Positions 19,816-30,494 are shown, counted from the first letter of the stretch. The stretch is 64,000 nt of DNA from an uncultured virus (IMG/VR IMGVR_UViG_2551306709_000010) (IMGVR_UViG_2551306709_000010:1-64000), one strand, 5' to 3'. Notes: generated by a model not told the origin, from the letters alone. A program made the numbers and translations.

Positions 19816-20600
19816 TGGACATTGATATTCCAAGAAAAGAGAATGGACTGCCATTACTCTATAAAAGTGACATTGAAGAAATTGCTGAGTTACATTTAAA
19901 AGACTTTGATTCAAAAATATTAGAAGAGCCCATGCCAACACCAATAGAAGAATTCCTGGAAAATTATTTGTGTCTTGATATGGATTATGCTGATATAACA
20001 CCGGATGCAAGTGTTCTTGGTTTAACAACTTTTGATGATGGGGTTCTTGGAGTATATGACTCTGAAAATAGCCAATATAAAGATATATTTGTAAGGGAAG
20101 GTACTGTAGTAATAGACAATACTTTACTTTCAGAGGAAAGAGAAGGAAGATGCAGATTTACCTGTGGACATGAAGGTGGTCATTGGATACTCCATAGAGA
20201 AATGTTTAAATTAAATGAAAATCAACTTAATATTTTTGATATATTAAATGACAAGGAAGTAACATCAATAAAGTGTTTAAAAAGGAATTTTGAAAACTAT
20301 TGTTGTAAAAGAACATTTAAAACAGATAATGATTGGATGGAATGGCAGGCAAATTTTATATCATCTTGTTTGTTAATGCCTAAAAAGACTTTTATAATAG
20401 CAGCACATAATATATTTAAAAGAGTTGGTATTAATGATGAGTATATAATTTTAGGACAAGACTTCGATACGGACGTGTTTGCATATGAAGTACCAAGAAA
20501 AATTTCTAAAATATTCAATGTTTCAATACAGGCAGCTTCAATCAGGCTTAAACAGTTAAGAATTATAAGAGAAGAAACAGCACAGTTAGCTTATTGCTAA
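19815..20600 (+). CDS. ImmA/IrrE-family metalloprotease (anti-repressor)
   Basis: RFTCGHEGGHW (HExxH), EWQANFISSCLLMP, FNVSIQAASIRL. Confidence 0.9.
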   Translation: MDIDIPRKENGLPLLYKSDIEEIAELHLKDFDSKILEEPMPTPIEEFLENYLCLDMDYADITPDASVLGLTTFDDGVLGVYDSENSQYKDIFVREGTVVIDNTLLSEEREGRCRFTCGHEGGHWILHREMFKLNENQLNIFDILNDKEVTSIKCLKRNFENYCCKRTFKTDNDWMEWQANFISSCLLMPKKTFIIAAHNIFKRVGINDEYIILGQDFDTDVFAYEVPRKISKIFNVSIQAASIRLKQLRIIREETAQLAYC

Positions 20601-20635
20601 TGTGCTGTGATAGTTCTCTAATTTTTTTAATCAAA

Positions 20636-20655
20636 TGTTAGCCAAACAGCTAACA
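20636..20655. promoter_or_regulatory. Operator-like inverted repeat
   Basis: TGTTAGC-N6-GCTAACA upstream of the cro-like gene; a degenerate copy lies at 19394-19413. Confidence 0.7.
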
Positions 20656-20684
20656 AGCATAAAAGATAACGTAAAAAAGGGGGG

Positions 20685-20909
20685 ATGATTATGGAGTTGA
20701 ATTCTTCAAAAATAAAAGAACTCATGAAAGAGAACAACTTATCTCAAAACAAACTAGCTGCGAAGGTTAATGTATCAAAAGGAACAATAAGTAGAGTACT
20801 AAATGGAAAAAGAAGAGCTGGCAGAAAAGTAATAGCAGGACTTCTTAAAACCTTTCCAGAGGAAACAGTAAAATCTATGTTTAAAGAAAAACGCTCAAAA
20901 CCAATATAG
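20685..20909 (+). CDS. Cro-like XRE HTH protein
   Basis: LSQNKLAAKVNVSKGTISRVLNGKR. Confidence 0.85.
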   Translation: MIMELNSSKIKELMKENNLSQNKLAAKVNVSKGTISRVLNGKRRAGRKVIAGLLKTFPEETVKSMFKEKRSKPI

Positions 20910-20990
20910 ATAGTCTCCCAAAAATCTATAAAGGTATGAGCATTTAAAAGTAATCAATTTAATTATAACACTAAATGAAAGGAGAAAAAA

Positions 20991-21365
20991 ATGAATATAA
21001 CTATAGATATTAATTTAAAAGCTTCAGAGGAGGTAACAAATTCACTTTTAACTCTTGCCGCAGTTCTTCATAATGCAGTTCCAATATTTGATGAAAGTGC
21101 AAAAACAATACAACCTAAAGAAGTAGAGAGAAAAGTAGAAGTAGCAAAAGAAAAGATACACGATAAAAAAGAAACAATAGAAAAAACAAAAGAAGAAACC
21201 AAAACTATAACATTAGAAGAAGTAAGAGCAGCATTAGCAAAGAAATCCCAAGAAGGAAAACAGAAAAATGTAAAAGATTTAATAACAAAATACGGAGCAG
21301 TTAAACTTAGTGAGATTCCTTCAGATAAATATCTAAACCTTCTAAAAGAAGCGGAGATGATTTAA
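20991..21365 (+). CDS. Conserved phage replication-module protein
   Basis: C-terminal ITLEEVRAALAKKSQEGK..KYGAVKLSEIP motif, in the usual position before DUF2800. Confidence 0.7.
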   Translation: MNITIDINLKASEEVTNSLLTLAAVLHNAVPIFDESAKTIQPKEVERKVEVAKEKIHDKKETIEKTKEETKTITLEEVRAALAKKSQEGKQKNVKDLITKYGAVKLSEIPSDKYLNLLKEAEMI

Positions 21366-22492
21366 TGGCTCAACATGCATTTTTATCAGCTTCAAGTTCC
21401 CATAGGTGGATACCTTGTCCGCCTTCTGTGAAACTTGAAGAAAGTTTTGAAAACAAAAGTAGTGTTTTCGCAGAAGAAGGTACCGCAGCTCATGCTTTAT
21501 CTGAATATAAATTAAAGAAATATCTTGGTGAAAAGGTTAAAAAGCCTAAAAGTGAATTTGACGAAAAGGAATTAGAATATTACACAGGTATTTATTTTGA
21601 TTATGCTTGTGAGCTTATATTAGAGGTAAAAGCAAGGATAAAAGATCCAATTATATTAGTAGAGCAAAGGCTGGATTTTAGTAACTATGTACCAGAAGGT
21701 TTTGGTACAGGAGACCTTGTTATTGTAGCTGATGGGATACTAGATATTATGGATTTAAAATATGGAAAAGGTGTCGAAGTATCGGCAGTTAATAATCCAC
21801 AGATGATGCTATATGCTATAGGTGCTCTGAATTTATTTGATAGCCTTTATGATATAGAAAAGGTAAGAATGACAATTTGTCAGCCACGAATTGATAACAT
21901 ATCAACCTTTGAAATTACAGTAGAAGAATTAATTAAATGGGCGGAAGATGTAGTAACGCCAAAAGCAGAACTTGCTATAAAAGGTGAAGGGGATTTTTGT
22001 GCTGGAGAGCATTGTAGATTTTGTAGAGCTAGATTTAACTGTAGAGCAAGAGCAGAAGAAAATATGAAAATGGCACAATATGATTTTAGAAAAGGTCCAC
22101 TTTTAACTGAGGATGAAATAACAGAAATCCTATCTAATATAGGAGAGTTTCAAAAATGGGCAAAAGATATAGAAACTTATGCATTTGATAAAGCTATAAA
22201 TGAAAACAAAAAGTGGACAGGCTTTAAATTAGTGGAAGGTAGAAGTATTAGAAAATATAGTGATGAGGAAGCTGTATCTAAAGCTTTAATAGAAGCCGGT
22301 TTTGCAGAAGATGTTATATATTCTAAAAGCTTATTAGGCATCACAGCTATGGAAAAGGCTATAGGCAAAAAGAAGTTTAAAGAGCTATTAAAAGATTTAG
22401 TTTATAAGCCACAAGGGAAATTAACCTTAGTGGTTGAGAGTGATAAAAGACCAGAAATAAAAAATACTGCAGAAGCAGATTTTAGAAATTAG
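21365..22492 (+). CDS. DUF2800 PD-(D/E)xK (Cas4-like) nuclease
   Basis: HAFLSASSSHRWIPCPPS, EGTAAH, FGTGD..DLKYGKG, Q..LYA, CRFC..C. Confidence 0.9.
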   Translation: MAQHAFLSASSSHRWIPCPPSVKLEESFENKSSVFAEEGTAAHALSEYKLKKYLGEKVKKPKSEFDEKELEYYTGIYFDYACELILEVKARIKDPIILVEQRLDFSNYVPEGFGTGDLVIVADGILDIMDLKYGKGVEVSAVNNPQMMLYAIGALNLFDSLYDIEKVRMTICQPRIDNISTFEITVEELIKWAEDVVTPKAELAIKGEGDFCAGEHCRFCRARFNCRARAEENMKMAQYDFRKGPLLTEDEITEILSNIGEFQKWAKDIETYAFDKAINENKKWTGFKLVEGRSIRKYSDEEAVSKALIEAGFAEDVIYSKSLLGITAMEKAIGKKKFKELLKDLVYKPQGKLTLVVESDKRPEIKNTAEADFRN

Positions 22493-22504
22493 GAGGAATT
22501 ATTA

Positions 22505-23026
22505 ATGAAAATTATTACAGGAAAAGTTAGATTCAGTTATGCAAATGTATGGGAGCCAAAATCAATCAATGGAAGTGATCCTAAGTATTCAGTAAGTTTA
22601 ATCATACCAAAATCAGATAAGGCAACACTTGAAAAAGTTAACAAAGCTATTGAGGAAGCTAAAAAAGAAGGATTAGCAAAATTGGGAGGCAAGATACCAG
22701 CTAATTTAAAAACACCTCTTCGTGATGGTGATATAGATAGACCAGATGATGATGCTTATGCAAACAGTTATTTTATAAATGCTAATAGCAATACAAAGCC
22801 GGGAATAGTGGATAAAAGTGTACAAACTATATTAGACCAAAGTGAGTTTTATAGTGGATGCTATGGAAGGGCCAGCATAGTGTTTTATGCTTACAATGCT
22901 AATGGAAATAAAGGAATAGCTTGTGGACTTCAAAACCTTCAAAAGCTTGAAGATGGAGAACCTCTTGGAGGACACAGTAGACCTGAAGATGATTTTGATT
23001 CAGTAGAAGATGACTTTTTAGATTAA
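22505..23026 (+). CDS. DUF2815 ssDNA-binding protein
   Basis: VRFSYANVWEPK, PLRDGD, YSGCYGR, GLQNLQKLEDGEPLGG, acidic tail. Confidence 0.9.
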   Translation: MKIITGKVRFSYANVWEPKSINGSDPKYSVSLIIPKSDKATLEKVNKAIEEAKKEGLAKLGGKIPANLKTPLRDGDIDRPDDDAYANSYFINANSNTKPGIVDKSVQTILDQSEFYSGCYGRASIVFYAYNANGNKGIACGLQNLQKLEDGEPLGGHSRPEDDFDSVEDDFLD

Positions 23027-23070
23027 TTTATAGGGAGAGAAATCTCCCTTTATTTTTAGGAGATGATACT

Positions 23071-25014
23071 TTGTTAGCTATTGATATAGAAACTTATTCA
23101 AGTGTAGACCTTTTAAAATGTGGAGTTTATGCTTATACAGAAGCAGAGGATTTTACAATATTACTGTTTGCTTATGCTTATGATGATAAACCTATTAAAA
23201 TAATTGATTTAGCTTGTGGTGAAAAGTTACCACAAAGTATAATAGATGATTTAACTGATCCCAATGTTATGAAAACTGCTTTTAATGCCAACTTTGAAAG
23301 GACATGTCTAGCAAAATATCTAAGTAGATTGATGCCGCCGGATCAGTGGAGATGTAGTGCTGTTCATGCACTTACACTAGGACTTCCAACAAGTCTTGAG
23401 AAAGTTGCTAAGTGTATGAATTTAGAGCAGCAGAAAATGAATGAAGGGAAAGCTTTAATAAGATATTTTTCTATGCCTTGCAAATCTACTAAAGCTAATG
23501 GTGGAAGAACTCGTAATTTACCGGAGCATGATAGAGAAAAATGGAATACATTTAAAATTTATTGCAGACAAGACGTTGAAGTTGAAAGAGCTATAAGGAA
23601 AAAGTTAGAGAAGTTTCCTATGACAGAAAAGGAATTAGAACTATGGTTTTTGGATCAAAAAATAAATGACGGTGGGGTAAAAGTTAATAAAACATTAGTT
23701 AAAAATGCAATACAATTTGATGATACTTATCAAAAGGAATTAATGGACGAGGCAATTAAAATAACAAATTTGGAAAATCCAAACAGTACGTCGCAGCTAA
23801 AAAAATGGTTAGCTGATGAAGGTATAGAAGTTGAAAGTTTATCCAAGGCAAATGTAGCAGAATTATTGGCAAAGGTTAGCAACTGTAAAATAAAAAAAGT
23901 ATTAAAGTTAAGACAGGAGTTATCTAAGACTTCTGTTAAAAAATATGAAGCTATGGAAAGAGCAGTATGTAAAGATGAAAGAATAAGAGGACTTCTACAG
24001 TTTTATGGTGCAAACCGCACTGGAAGATGGGCAGGCAGACTAGTGCAAATTCACAACCTTCCAAGGAATGGGTTAAAGGATTTAGATCTGGCAAGGAAAC
24101 TTTTAATACAGGGAGAGTATGAAACGCTAGAGTTGCTATTTGATAGTGTACCAGATGTACTTTCACAACTTATAAGAACAGCATTTATTCCAACAGAAAA
24201 TTCAAGGTTTATAGTATCAGATTTTAGTGCTATTGAAGCTAGAATAATTGCATGGCTTGCAGGGGAAAAATGGAGAATTGATGTGTTTAGCACTCATGGA
24301 AAAATATATGAAGCATCTGCATCACAAATGTTTGGTGTACCTATTGAAGACATAACTAAAGGTAGTGTATTAAGGCAGAAGGGTAAAATTGCAGAACTTG
24401 CTCTTGGATATGGGGGAAGTAAGGGGGCACTTAAATCTATGGGTGCTCTAAATATGGGCTTAACGGAAGAAGAATTACCGGAGCTTGTATCCGCATGGAG
24501 AAAGTCTAATTCTAAAATAGTAAAGCTATGGTATGAAATAGAAAATGCAGCTATTAGAGTAGTGAAAGAAAAAATGGAAGTTAATATGCAATACGGACTT
24601 AAATTTTATTATAAAGATAGAATTTTATTTGTAAGATTACCATCAGGAAGAAGTCTTGCTTATGTAAGACCGCGGATTGAAATTGATGAAAGATTTAATA
24701 AAGATAAATTAACCTATGAAGGAGTAGAACAAGGTACTAAAAGTTGGGGCAGAATTAGCACATTTGGAGGAAAACTTACTGAAAATATAATACAGGCAAT
24801 TGCTAGAGACTGTTTAGGTGAAGCTATGTTAAGACTTAATAAAGCTGGATATAAAATAAGATTTCATATTCATGATGAGGTTATTTTAGATGTATCAATA
24901 GGAGCAGGTTCTTTAGATGAAGTAAATGAAATTATGGGAGAATCTATTGATTGGGCACCTGGACTTTTATTAAAAGCAGAGGGATTTGAAACAGATTATT
25001 ATAAAAAAGATTAG
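23071..25014 (+). CDS. Phage family A DNA polymerase
   Basis: DIET exonuclease motif, RTGRWAG, SDFSAIEAR (A), RQKGKIAELALGY (B), HIHDE (C). Confidence 0.95.
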   Translation: MLAIDIETYSSVDLLKCGVYAYTEAEDFTILLFAYAYDDKPIKIIDLACGEKLPQSIIDDLTDPNVMKTAFNANFERTCLAKYLSRLMPPDQWRCSAVHALTLGLPTSLEKVAKCMNLEQQKMNEGKALIRYFSMPCKSTKANGGRTRNLPEHDREKWNTFKIYCRQDVEVERAIRKKLEKFPMTEKELELWFLDQKINDGGVKVNKTLVKNAIQFDDTYQKELMDEAIKITNLENPNSTSQLKKWLADEGIEVESLSKANVAELLAKVSNCKIKKVLKLRQELSKTSVKKYEAMERAVCKDERIRGLLQFYGANRTGRWAGRLVQIHNLPRNGLKDLDLARKLLIQGEYETLELLFDSVPDVLSQLIRTAFIPTENSRFIVSDFSAIEARIIAWLAGEKWRIDVFSTHGKIYEASASQMFGVPIEDITKGSVLRQKGKIAELALGYGGSKGALKSMGALNMGLTEEELPELVSAWRKSNSKIVKLWYEIENAAIRVVKEKMEVNMQYGLKFYYKDRILFVRLPSGRSLAYVRPRIEIDERFNKDKLTYEGVEQGTKSWGRISTFGGKLTENIIQAIARDCLGEAMLRLNKAGYKIRFHIHDEVILDVSIGAGSLDEVNEIMGESIDWAPGLLLKAEGFETDYYKKD

Positions 25015-25069
25015 GTAACTTTAAATCAATAAAGCGAAACCATTTTCAAGGATTTAGAGGTGATAAACC

Positions 25070-27481
25070 ATGAAGCCAGAAGTTAAAAAAACTACAAGAC
25101 TAAAAAATGATGGCTTGTTGACTATAGCAGTAGGGAAAAGCAGAAAAGAAACAGCGTGGAAGAATAAAGAAGTGTTATGGTCAGAATTAATTAAAAAATT
25201 AAGTGAAACCACTAGAACTAATGAGCATTACGAAGAATATAAAAAATTATCAAAAGCAAAGCAAGATGAAATAAAAGATGTGGGTGGATTTGTAGGAGGA
25301 ACATTAAAAGGTGGAAGAAGAAAAAAAGATAATGTGGTTTGGAGACAGATAGTAACTTTAGATGCTGACTTTGTTAAAGGAGATTTATGGTCAGCAGTAG
25401 AGATTATGTTTGGGTATGGTTGTGCTATGTATTCTACACACAAGCATAGAAAAGATTCTCCAAGGTTAAGACTTGTAATTCCACTTAAAAGACCTGTTTC
25501 ACCTGATGAATATCAAGCTATAGCAAGAAGAATTGCAGCAGACTTAGGTATTGATTTTTTTGACGATACCACATATCAACCTCATAGATTGATGTATTGG
25601 CCTTCAACGGCTTTAGATGGAGAATTTATATTTAAAATTTTAGATGAGGAGTGGACGAATCCAGATGATATATTAGCAAGATATACAGATTGGAGAGATT
25701 CATCTTATTGGCCTGAATCTTCAAGAACTATAAAAGACAGAAAGAGATTAGCACAAAAACAGGGAGACCCTAAAGAAAAATCAGGTATAGTAGGTGCATT
25801 TTGTAGGACTTATTCTGTAATAGATGTTATAGAGAAATATTTAAAAGACATATATTCACCCTGTGCAGATACTAATCGATACACCTATATTCCGGGTAGT
25901 TCTGCCGGTGGATTAGTTATATATGAAAATGGTGACTTTGCTTATTCTAATCATGGCACTGACCCAATAAGTGGGAAACTTTGTAATGCTTTTGATTTAG
26001 TGAGATTTCATAAGTTTGGAGAGCTTGATGAAAAAGCAAGAGAAGGTACACCGATAAGTAAAATGCCATCTTATTTAGCAATACGAGACTTAGCAATAAA
26101 TGATTTAGAAGTGAAAAAGACCATAGCGAGAGAAAGAATGGAACAAGCAAGTGAGGAATTTAAAAGTGAAGAAAATTGGCAAGTAAATCTTGAAATAAAT
26201 AAGCAGGGAGAATTAAAAAATACTCTAAGCAATATGATACTTATATTAAGACATGACCTAGCATTAAGAGGACTTTTTTATAATGAGTTAAGAGAAGGGG
26301 TAGATGTGGAAGAGGATGTACCTTGGAAAAGATTAAAAACAGGATGGAATAAAACGGATGAAGCTTCTCTTGCTGGATATATTGATTCTAACTATAAACT
26401 TTACTCACCAGGGAAACTTAAAGAGGCAGTTTTAAAAGTGGCAGTAGAAAGATCACATCATCCAGTAAAAGAATATTTAACAAAATTACCAAAGTGGGAT
26501 GGTATTAAAAGAGTAGATGAATTACTTATTAAATATTTAGGAGCAGAGGATAATGTTTATACAAGAGAAGCTATTAGGAAAACTTTAGTTGCAGCAGTAG
26601 CAAGAACTATGACACCAGGGATTAAATTTGATACAGTTTTAGTTTTAAATGGGCCGCAGGGTATAGGAAAAAGCACACTATTTTCAAAATTGTCAGGGGA
26701 ATTTTTTAGTGATTCTCTTTCAATATCAGATATGAGAGATAAAACAGCCGCTGAAAAACTTCAGGGATACTGGATACTTGAAATTGGAGAACTTGCTGGA
26801 ATTAGAAAAATTGATGAAGAAACATTAAAATCATTTTTATCAAGGCAAGATGATAAGTTTAGAGCTAGCTATGGATATTCTGTAGAAGATCATCCAAGGC
26901 AATGTATTATTGTTGGAACTACTAATCAAGAAACGGGATTTTTAAGAGATATAACTGGTGGAAGAAGGTTCTGGCCTGTTAAAACTCCCGGTAGTAAGGT
27001 ACTTAAACCTTGGAATATAGAAAATGTTCACCAAATTTGGGCGGAGGTAATGGAGTACTACAGACAAGGTGAACTTTTGATATTAAGTGATGAGGCAGAA
27101 GAAATTGCAAATAAAGCTCAAATTGATGCGTTGGAAAGTGATGAAAGAGAAGGATTAGTTAGACAATATTTGGATATGCTACTACCTATTAATTGGGATG
27201 ATATGGATTTGTATGCTAGAAGAAGTTTTATTAGAAGAGATGATTTTAGTGAAAGGATTATCGGTACTATAAAAAGAGAAAAAGTATGTGTTATGGAAAT
27301 TTGGTGTGAATTATTTGGAAAAGAGGCTAGTGCAATGAAGAAAATAGATTCTTATGAGATAAATGCAATAATGAGAAAAATTGAAGGCTGGCAGAAATAT
27401 GGAGGAAATAAGCAAGGAAATGCCAAGGTTCCATTTTATGGAGTACAACGAATTTTCATAAGAAAAGGTAAACAAGAGTAA
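25070..27481 (+). CDS. Primase-helicase (VirE/VapE-like)
   Basis: N-terminal primase motifs LDAD, STHKH, RLRLVIPL; Walker A GPQGIGKS; GTTN; RRFWPV. Confidence 0.9.
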   Translation: MKPEVKKTTRLKNDGLLTIAVGKSRKETAWKNKEVLWSELIKKLSETTRTNEHYEEYKKLSKAKQDEIKDVGGFVGGTLKGGRRKKDNVVWRQIVTLDADFVKGDLWSAVEIMFGYGCAMYSTHKHRKDSPRLRLVIPLKRPVSPDEYQAIARRIAADLGIDFFDDTTYQPHRLMYWPSTALDGEFIFKILDEEWTNPDDILARYTDWRDSSYWPESSRTIKDRKRLAQKQGDPKEKSGIVGAFCRTYSVIDVIEKYLKDIYSPCADTNRYTYIPGSSAGGLVIYENGDFAYSNHGTDPISGKLCNAFDLVRFHKFGELDEKAREGTPISKMPSYLAIRDLAINDLEVKKTIARERMEQASEEFKSEENWQVNLEINKQGELKNTLSNMILILRHDLALRGLFYNELREGVDVEEDVPWKRLKTGWNKTDEASLAGYIDSNYKLYSPGKLKEAVLKVAVERSHHPVKEYLTKLPKWDGIKRVDELLIKYLGAEDNVYTREAIRKTLVAAVARTMTPGIKFDTVLVLNGPQGIGKSTLFSKLSGEFFSDSLSISDMRDKTAAEKLQGYWILEIGELAGIRKIDEETLKSFLSRQDDKFRASYGYSVEDHPRQCIIVGTTNQETGFLRDITGGRRFWPVKTPGSKVLKPWNIENVHQIWAEVMEYYRQGELLILSDEAEEIANKAQIDALESDEREGLVRQYLDMLLPINWDDMDLYARRSFIRRDDFSERIIGTIKREKVCVMEIWCELFGKEASAMKKIDSYEINAIMRKIEGWQKYGGNKQGNAKVPFYGVQRIFIRKGKQE

Positions 27482-27763
27482 ACAAAATTTTAGATGGTTA
27501 CCATTCTTGTTTACCGAACTTATGCCAGTTATAGTAAGGTTTTAGGCTATGTTGATAAACAAGATAAACCAGATTATATATATAAGTAAATAAAATATAG
27601 AATATATAGATATATGTATATACATGTACTCTATAAAATGCACACGCGTATAGGAAATTTTGGTTACTTGTTTACCAGCAATTGAAATAAAATTGATGTA
27701 AGGCTTGAGAACACTGGATTGCAGCAATTTATGATAGAGGTAACAAGATAAGTTCTTGTTTAT
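27467..27763. repeat. Iteron-like repeat cluster (putative replication origin)
   Basis: GGTAAACAAG (27467), GATAAACAAG (27554), GGTAACAAG (27739) and inverted CTTGTTTACC (27506, 27667), CTTGTTTAT (27755) around an AT-rich core. Confidence 0.6.
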
Positions 27764-27782
27764 TATAAAGAGGTGTTTTGAG

Positions 27783-28061
27783 ATTTTAGAGAGTAAAATA
27801 GAAGCTAAATTAAAAAGAGAGGTAGAAAAATTAGGTGGCATTGCACTTAAGTTCATTTCTCCAGGAATGGCAGGTGTGCCAGATAGGATGGTTCTTTTTG
27901 AAAAAGGCAGAATCGCATTTGTAGAACTTAAGGCACCTGGAAAAAAATTAAGACCTATTCAGATAAAAAGAAAAAATCAACTGGAAAGCTTAGGCTTTAA
28001 GGTTTATGTAATAGATTCTTATGAAGGAGTAGAGCATTTTATTTGCGAGGTGATGGCATGA
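27783..28061 (+). CDS. VRR-NUC nuclease (probable ATT start)
   Basis: ESKIE..GVPDRMV..FVELKAPG..Q; GAGGTG RBS 7 nt before ATT27783. Confidence 0.85.
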   Translation: MLESKIEAKLKREVEKLGGIALKFISPGMAGVPDRMVLFEKGRIAFVELKAPGKKLRPIQIKRKNQLESLGFKVYVIDSYEGVEHFICEVMA

Positions 28062-29425
28062 TTTATAAAGCACATGATTATCAAAAATATTCTAAAGATT
28101 TTATTATAGAACATAAAAACTTAGCATTATTTTTGGATTGTGGACTTGGAAAAACTGTAATAACTTTAACTGCCATAGCAGAACTTTTATATGATTATTT
28201 TGAAATATCAAAGGTACTTGTAATAGCGCCACTTAGAGTAGCTCAAAGCACATGGGATGAAGAAATTAAAAAATGGGATCATTTAAAGCAATTAAAAACA
28301 TCTAAAATACTAGGAACAGAAAAAGATAGGTTATCTGCATTAAATGCAAAAGCAGATATCTATATTATAAACAGAGAAAATGTAGTGTGGTTAACTAATG
28401 AATGTAAAAGCAAATGGCCTTTTGATATGGTAATTATAGATGAACTCTCAAGTTTTAAGTCTCCAAGAGCACAAAGATTTAAAGCGTTAAAGAGAGTAAG
28501 GCCTTTAATGAAAAGAGTTATAGGACTTACAGGAACTCCTGCACCAAATGGGCTTATGGATTTATGGTCACAGATTTATCTTTTAGATAAGGGAGAAAGA
28601 CTAGGTAAAACCATAACAGGTTATATGGAAAAGTATTTTAATCCTGATAAAAGAAATCAAAACATTATATTTAGTTATAAGCCCAAAGAAGGTGCAGAAG
28701 AAGCAATATATAAAAAGCTGTCGGACATTTGTGTAAGTATGAAGGCAGAAGACTATTTAAAATTACCAGAACAAATAGATAATATAATTCAAGTTAATTT
28801 ATCAGAGAAAGAAATGAATGATTATAAGAGACTAGAAAGAGATTTATTACTACCATTAGTTAATACGGATATAGTAGCAAATACAGCAGCAGTATTAACT
28901 AATAAACTTTTACAAATAGCCAATGGTGCTGTATATGATGAAGCTGGAAAAGCAAGAGAGATACATGATGAAAAATTAAAGATACTTGAAGATATTATAG
29001 AAGCTGCTAATGGAAAGCCTGTACTTATCTTTTATTCATATAAACATGATTTAGATAGAATTAAAAAGTATTTTAATAATGAAAAACTAAGGATACTTGA
29101 TACAGCCAAAGATATAGAAGATTGGAATAAAGGAAAGGTTTCTGTAATGCTAGCACATCCAGCTTCAGCAGGACATGGTTTGAATCTTCAAGCAGGAGGA
29201 AATATTGTAATTTGGTTTGGGCTCACTTGGAGCTTAGAGCTTTATCAGCAAGCAAATGCTAGGCTTCATAGGCAAGGACAAAAGAATAATGTAATAGTTC
29301 ATCATATAGTTGCAAAAGGAACTATGGATGAAAATGTTATGAAATCATTAAAGAATAAAGAGAAAGGTCAAGATAGTTTAATAAAAGCAGTTAAAGCTAG
29401 AATTGGAGGTATGGCTTATGACTAA
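28058..29425 (+). CDS. SNF2-family helicase
   Basis: DCGLGKT, DELS, LTGTP, GHGLNLQ, QANARLHRQGQ. Confidence 0.95.
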   Translation: MIYKAHDYQKYSKDFIIEHKNLALFLDCGLGKTVITLTAIAELLYDYFEISKVLVIAPLRVAQSTWDEEIKKWDHLKQLKTSKILGTEKDRLSALNAKADIYIINRENVVWLTNECKSKWPFDMVIIDELSSFKSPRAQRFKALKRVRPLMKRVIGLTGTPAPNGLMDLWSQIYLLDKGERLGKTITGYMEKYFNPDKRNQNIIFSYKPKEGAEEAIYKKLSDICVSMKAEDYLKLPEQIDNIIQVNLSEKEMNDYKRLERDLLLPLVNTDIVANTAAVLTNKLLQIANGAVYDEAGKAREIHDEKLKILEDIIEAANGKPVLIFYSYKHDLDRIKKYFNNEKLRILDTAKDIEDWNKGKVSVMLAHPASAGHGLNLQAGGNIVIWFGLTWSLELYQQANARLHRQGQKNNVIVHHIVAKGTMDENVMKSLKNKEKGQDSLIKAVKARIGGMAYD

Positions 29426-29813
29426 AAAAGAGTTATCACAATTGTATTATTTAAATAAAGAGATTGGGCATTTAAAAAATAGAATAGAAGAGTTAGAGTG
29501 TATTGCCATATCTTCAACTTCACAAATAACAGGAATGCCTCATGCAACTGGGATTTCAGATAAGGTCGGTAAATATGTAGCAGAGATAGCTGATCTAAAA
29601 GAACTATTGGATTTAAATTTAAAAAAGTGCTTTTATGAACTCAATAGATTAAATAGATATATAAATTCAGTTAAAGATAGTCAAATAAGAATGATACTCA
29701 CATTAAGATATGTAAACGGACTTAGTTGGAGACAAATTGCATTTAGCATTGGTGGTGGAAATACCGAAGACAGTGTTAAGAAACTAGCCTATAGATATTT
29801 AAAGAAAAACTAA
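29418..29813 (+). CDS. Late transcriptional activator (RinA/ArpU/DUF1492-like)
   Basis: ILTLRYVNGLSWRQIA HTH; position at the end of the replication module. Confidence 0.8.
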   Translation: MTKKELSQLYYLNKEIGHLKNRIEELECIAISSTSQITGMPHATGISDKVGKYVAEIADLKELLDLNLKKCFYELNRLNRYINSVKDSQIRMILTLRYVNGLSWRQIAFSIGGGNTEDSVKKLAYRYLKKN

Positions 29814-29816
29814 AAG

Positions 29817-29850
29817 TTGTCCCTTTTGTCCCGATTGTATATGTTAGAAT
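29817..29850 (+). promoter_or_regulatory. Putative late promoter
   Basis: TTGTCCC direct repeats (29817, 29826), then TGTTAGAAT extended -10. Confidence 0.6.
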
Positions 29851-29925
29851 AATATTATAGAAATTTATAAAAATATAGCTTCTGAGGAATTTACCTTGGG
29901 AGCTTTTTATTTTGGAGGAGTAGAT

Positions 29926-30108
29926 ATGCCTATTCATAAATGTAGAAAATGCATATGGAGTGATAAAATTAGTAGCAATGTTTTATACTGCACCTTTCCA
30001 ATATGTATTATGAAAGAAAAAACATCAAAACCAATTGTTAGTGAAAAAGATAAAATTATTGTGTCTAAAGCTAGAAGAATTTGTAATCATAAAAGAAAAA
30101 GAAGGTGA
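29926..30108 (+). CDS. Small Cys-rich basic protein
   Basis: GGAGGAG RBS; CxxC..CxxxxC. Confidence 0.55.
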   Translation: MPIHKCRKCIWSDKISSNVLYCTFPICIMKEKTSKPIVSEKDKIIVSKARRICNHKRKRR

Positions 30109-30115
30109 GAATTAA

Positions 30116-30469
30116 ATGCCAATGAAACCATTAAAACCTTGTAGGCATCCAGGATGTCCTGAACTTACAAAGAATAAATATTGTGACAAGCATAAGAATT
30201 TACATAGAAATAAAAGAGAAAGTGCTGGAAGACGTGGCTACGATAGCAGATGGAACAAAGCAAGAAAGATATTTCTAAAAAATAATCCTATATGTGTTGA
30301 GTGTAAAAAACAAGGCAGGATAACAAAGGCTACAGTAGTTGATCATATTATTCCTCATAGAGGAGATTATAAATTGTTTTGGGATGAGAGCAACTGGCAA
30401 CCTCTTTGTAAGAGATGCCATGATAAAAAGACTATGACGGAAGATAGGTATCAAGAATATAAATACTAA
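30116..30469 (+). CDS. Packaging-associated HNH endonuclease
   Basis: CVEC..ATVVDHIIPHRGD..NWQPLCKRCHDKKT. Confidence 0.9.
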   Translation: MPMKPLKPCRHPGCPELTKNKYCDKHKNLHRNKRESAGRRGYDSRWNKARKIFLKNNPICVECKKQGRITKATVVDHIIPHRGDYKLFWDESNWQPLCKRCHDKKTMTEDRYQEYKY

Positions 30470-30494
30470 ATCAATTCTACAAAGCATAAAAAAG

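Noticed and set aside
21365..22492. Cas4-like nuclease as evidence for CRISPR-Cas
   Set aside because: It is the standard DUF2800 gene of this replication module; I saw no repeat-spacer array or other cas genes in the window.
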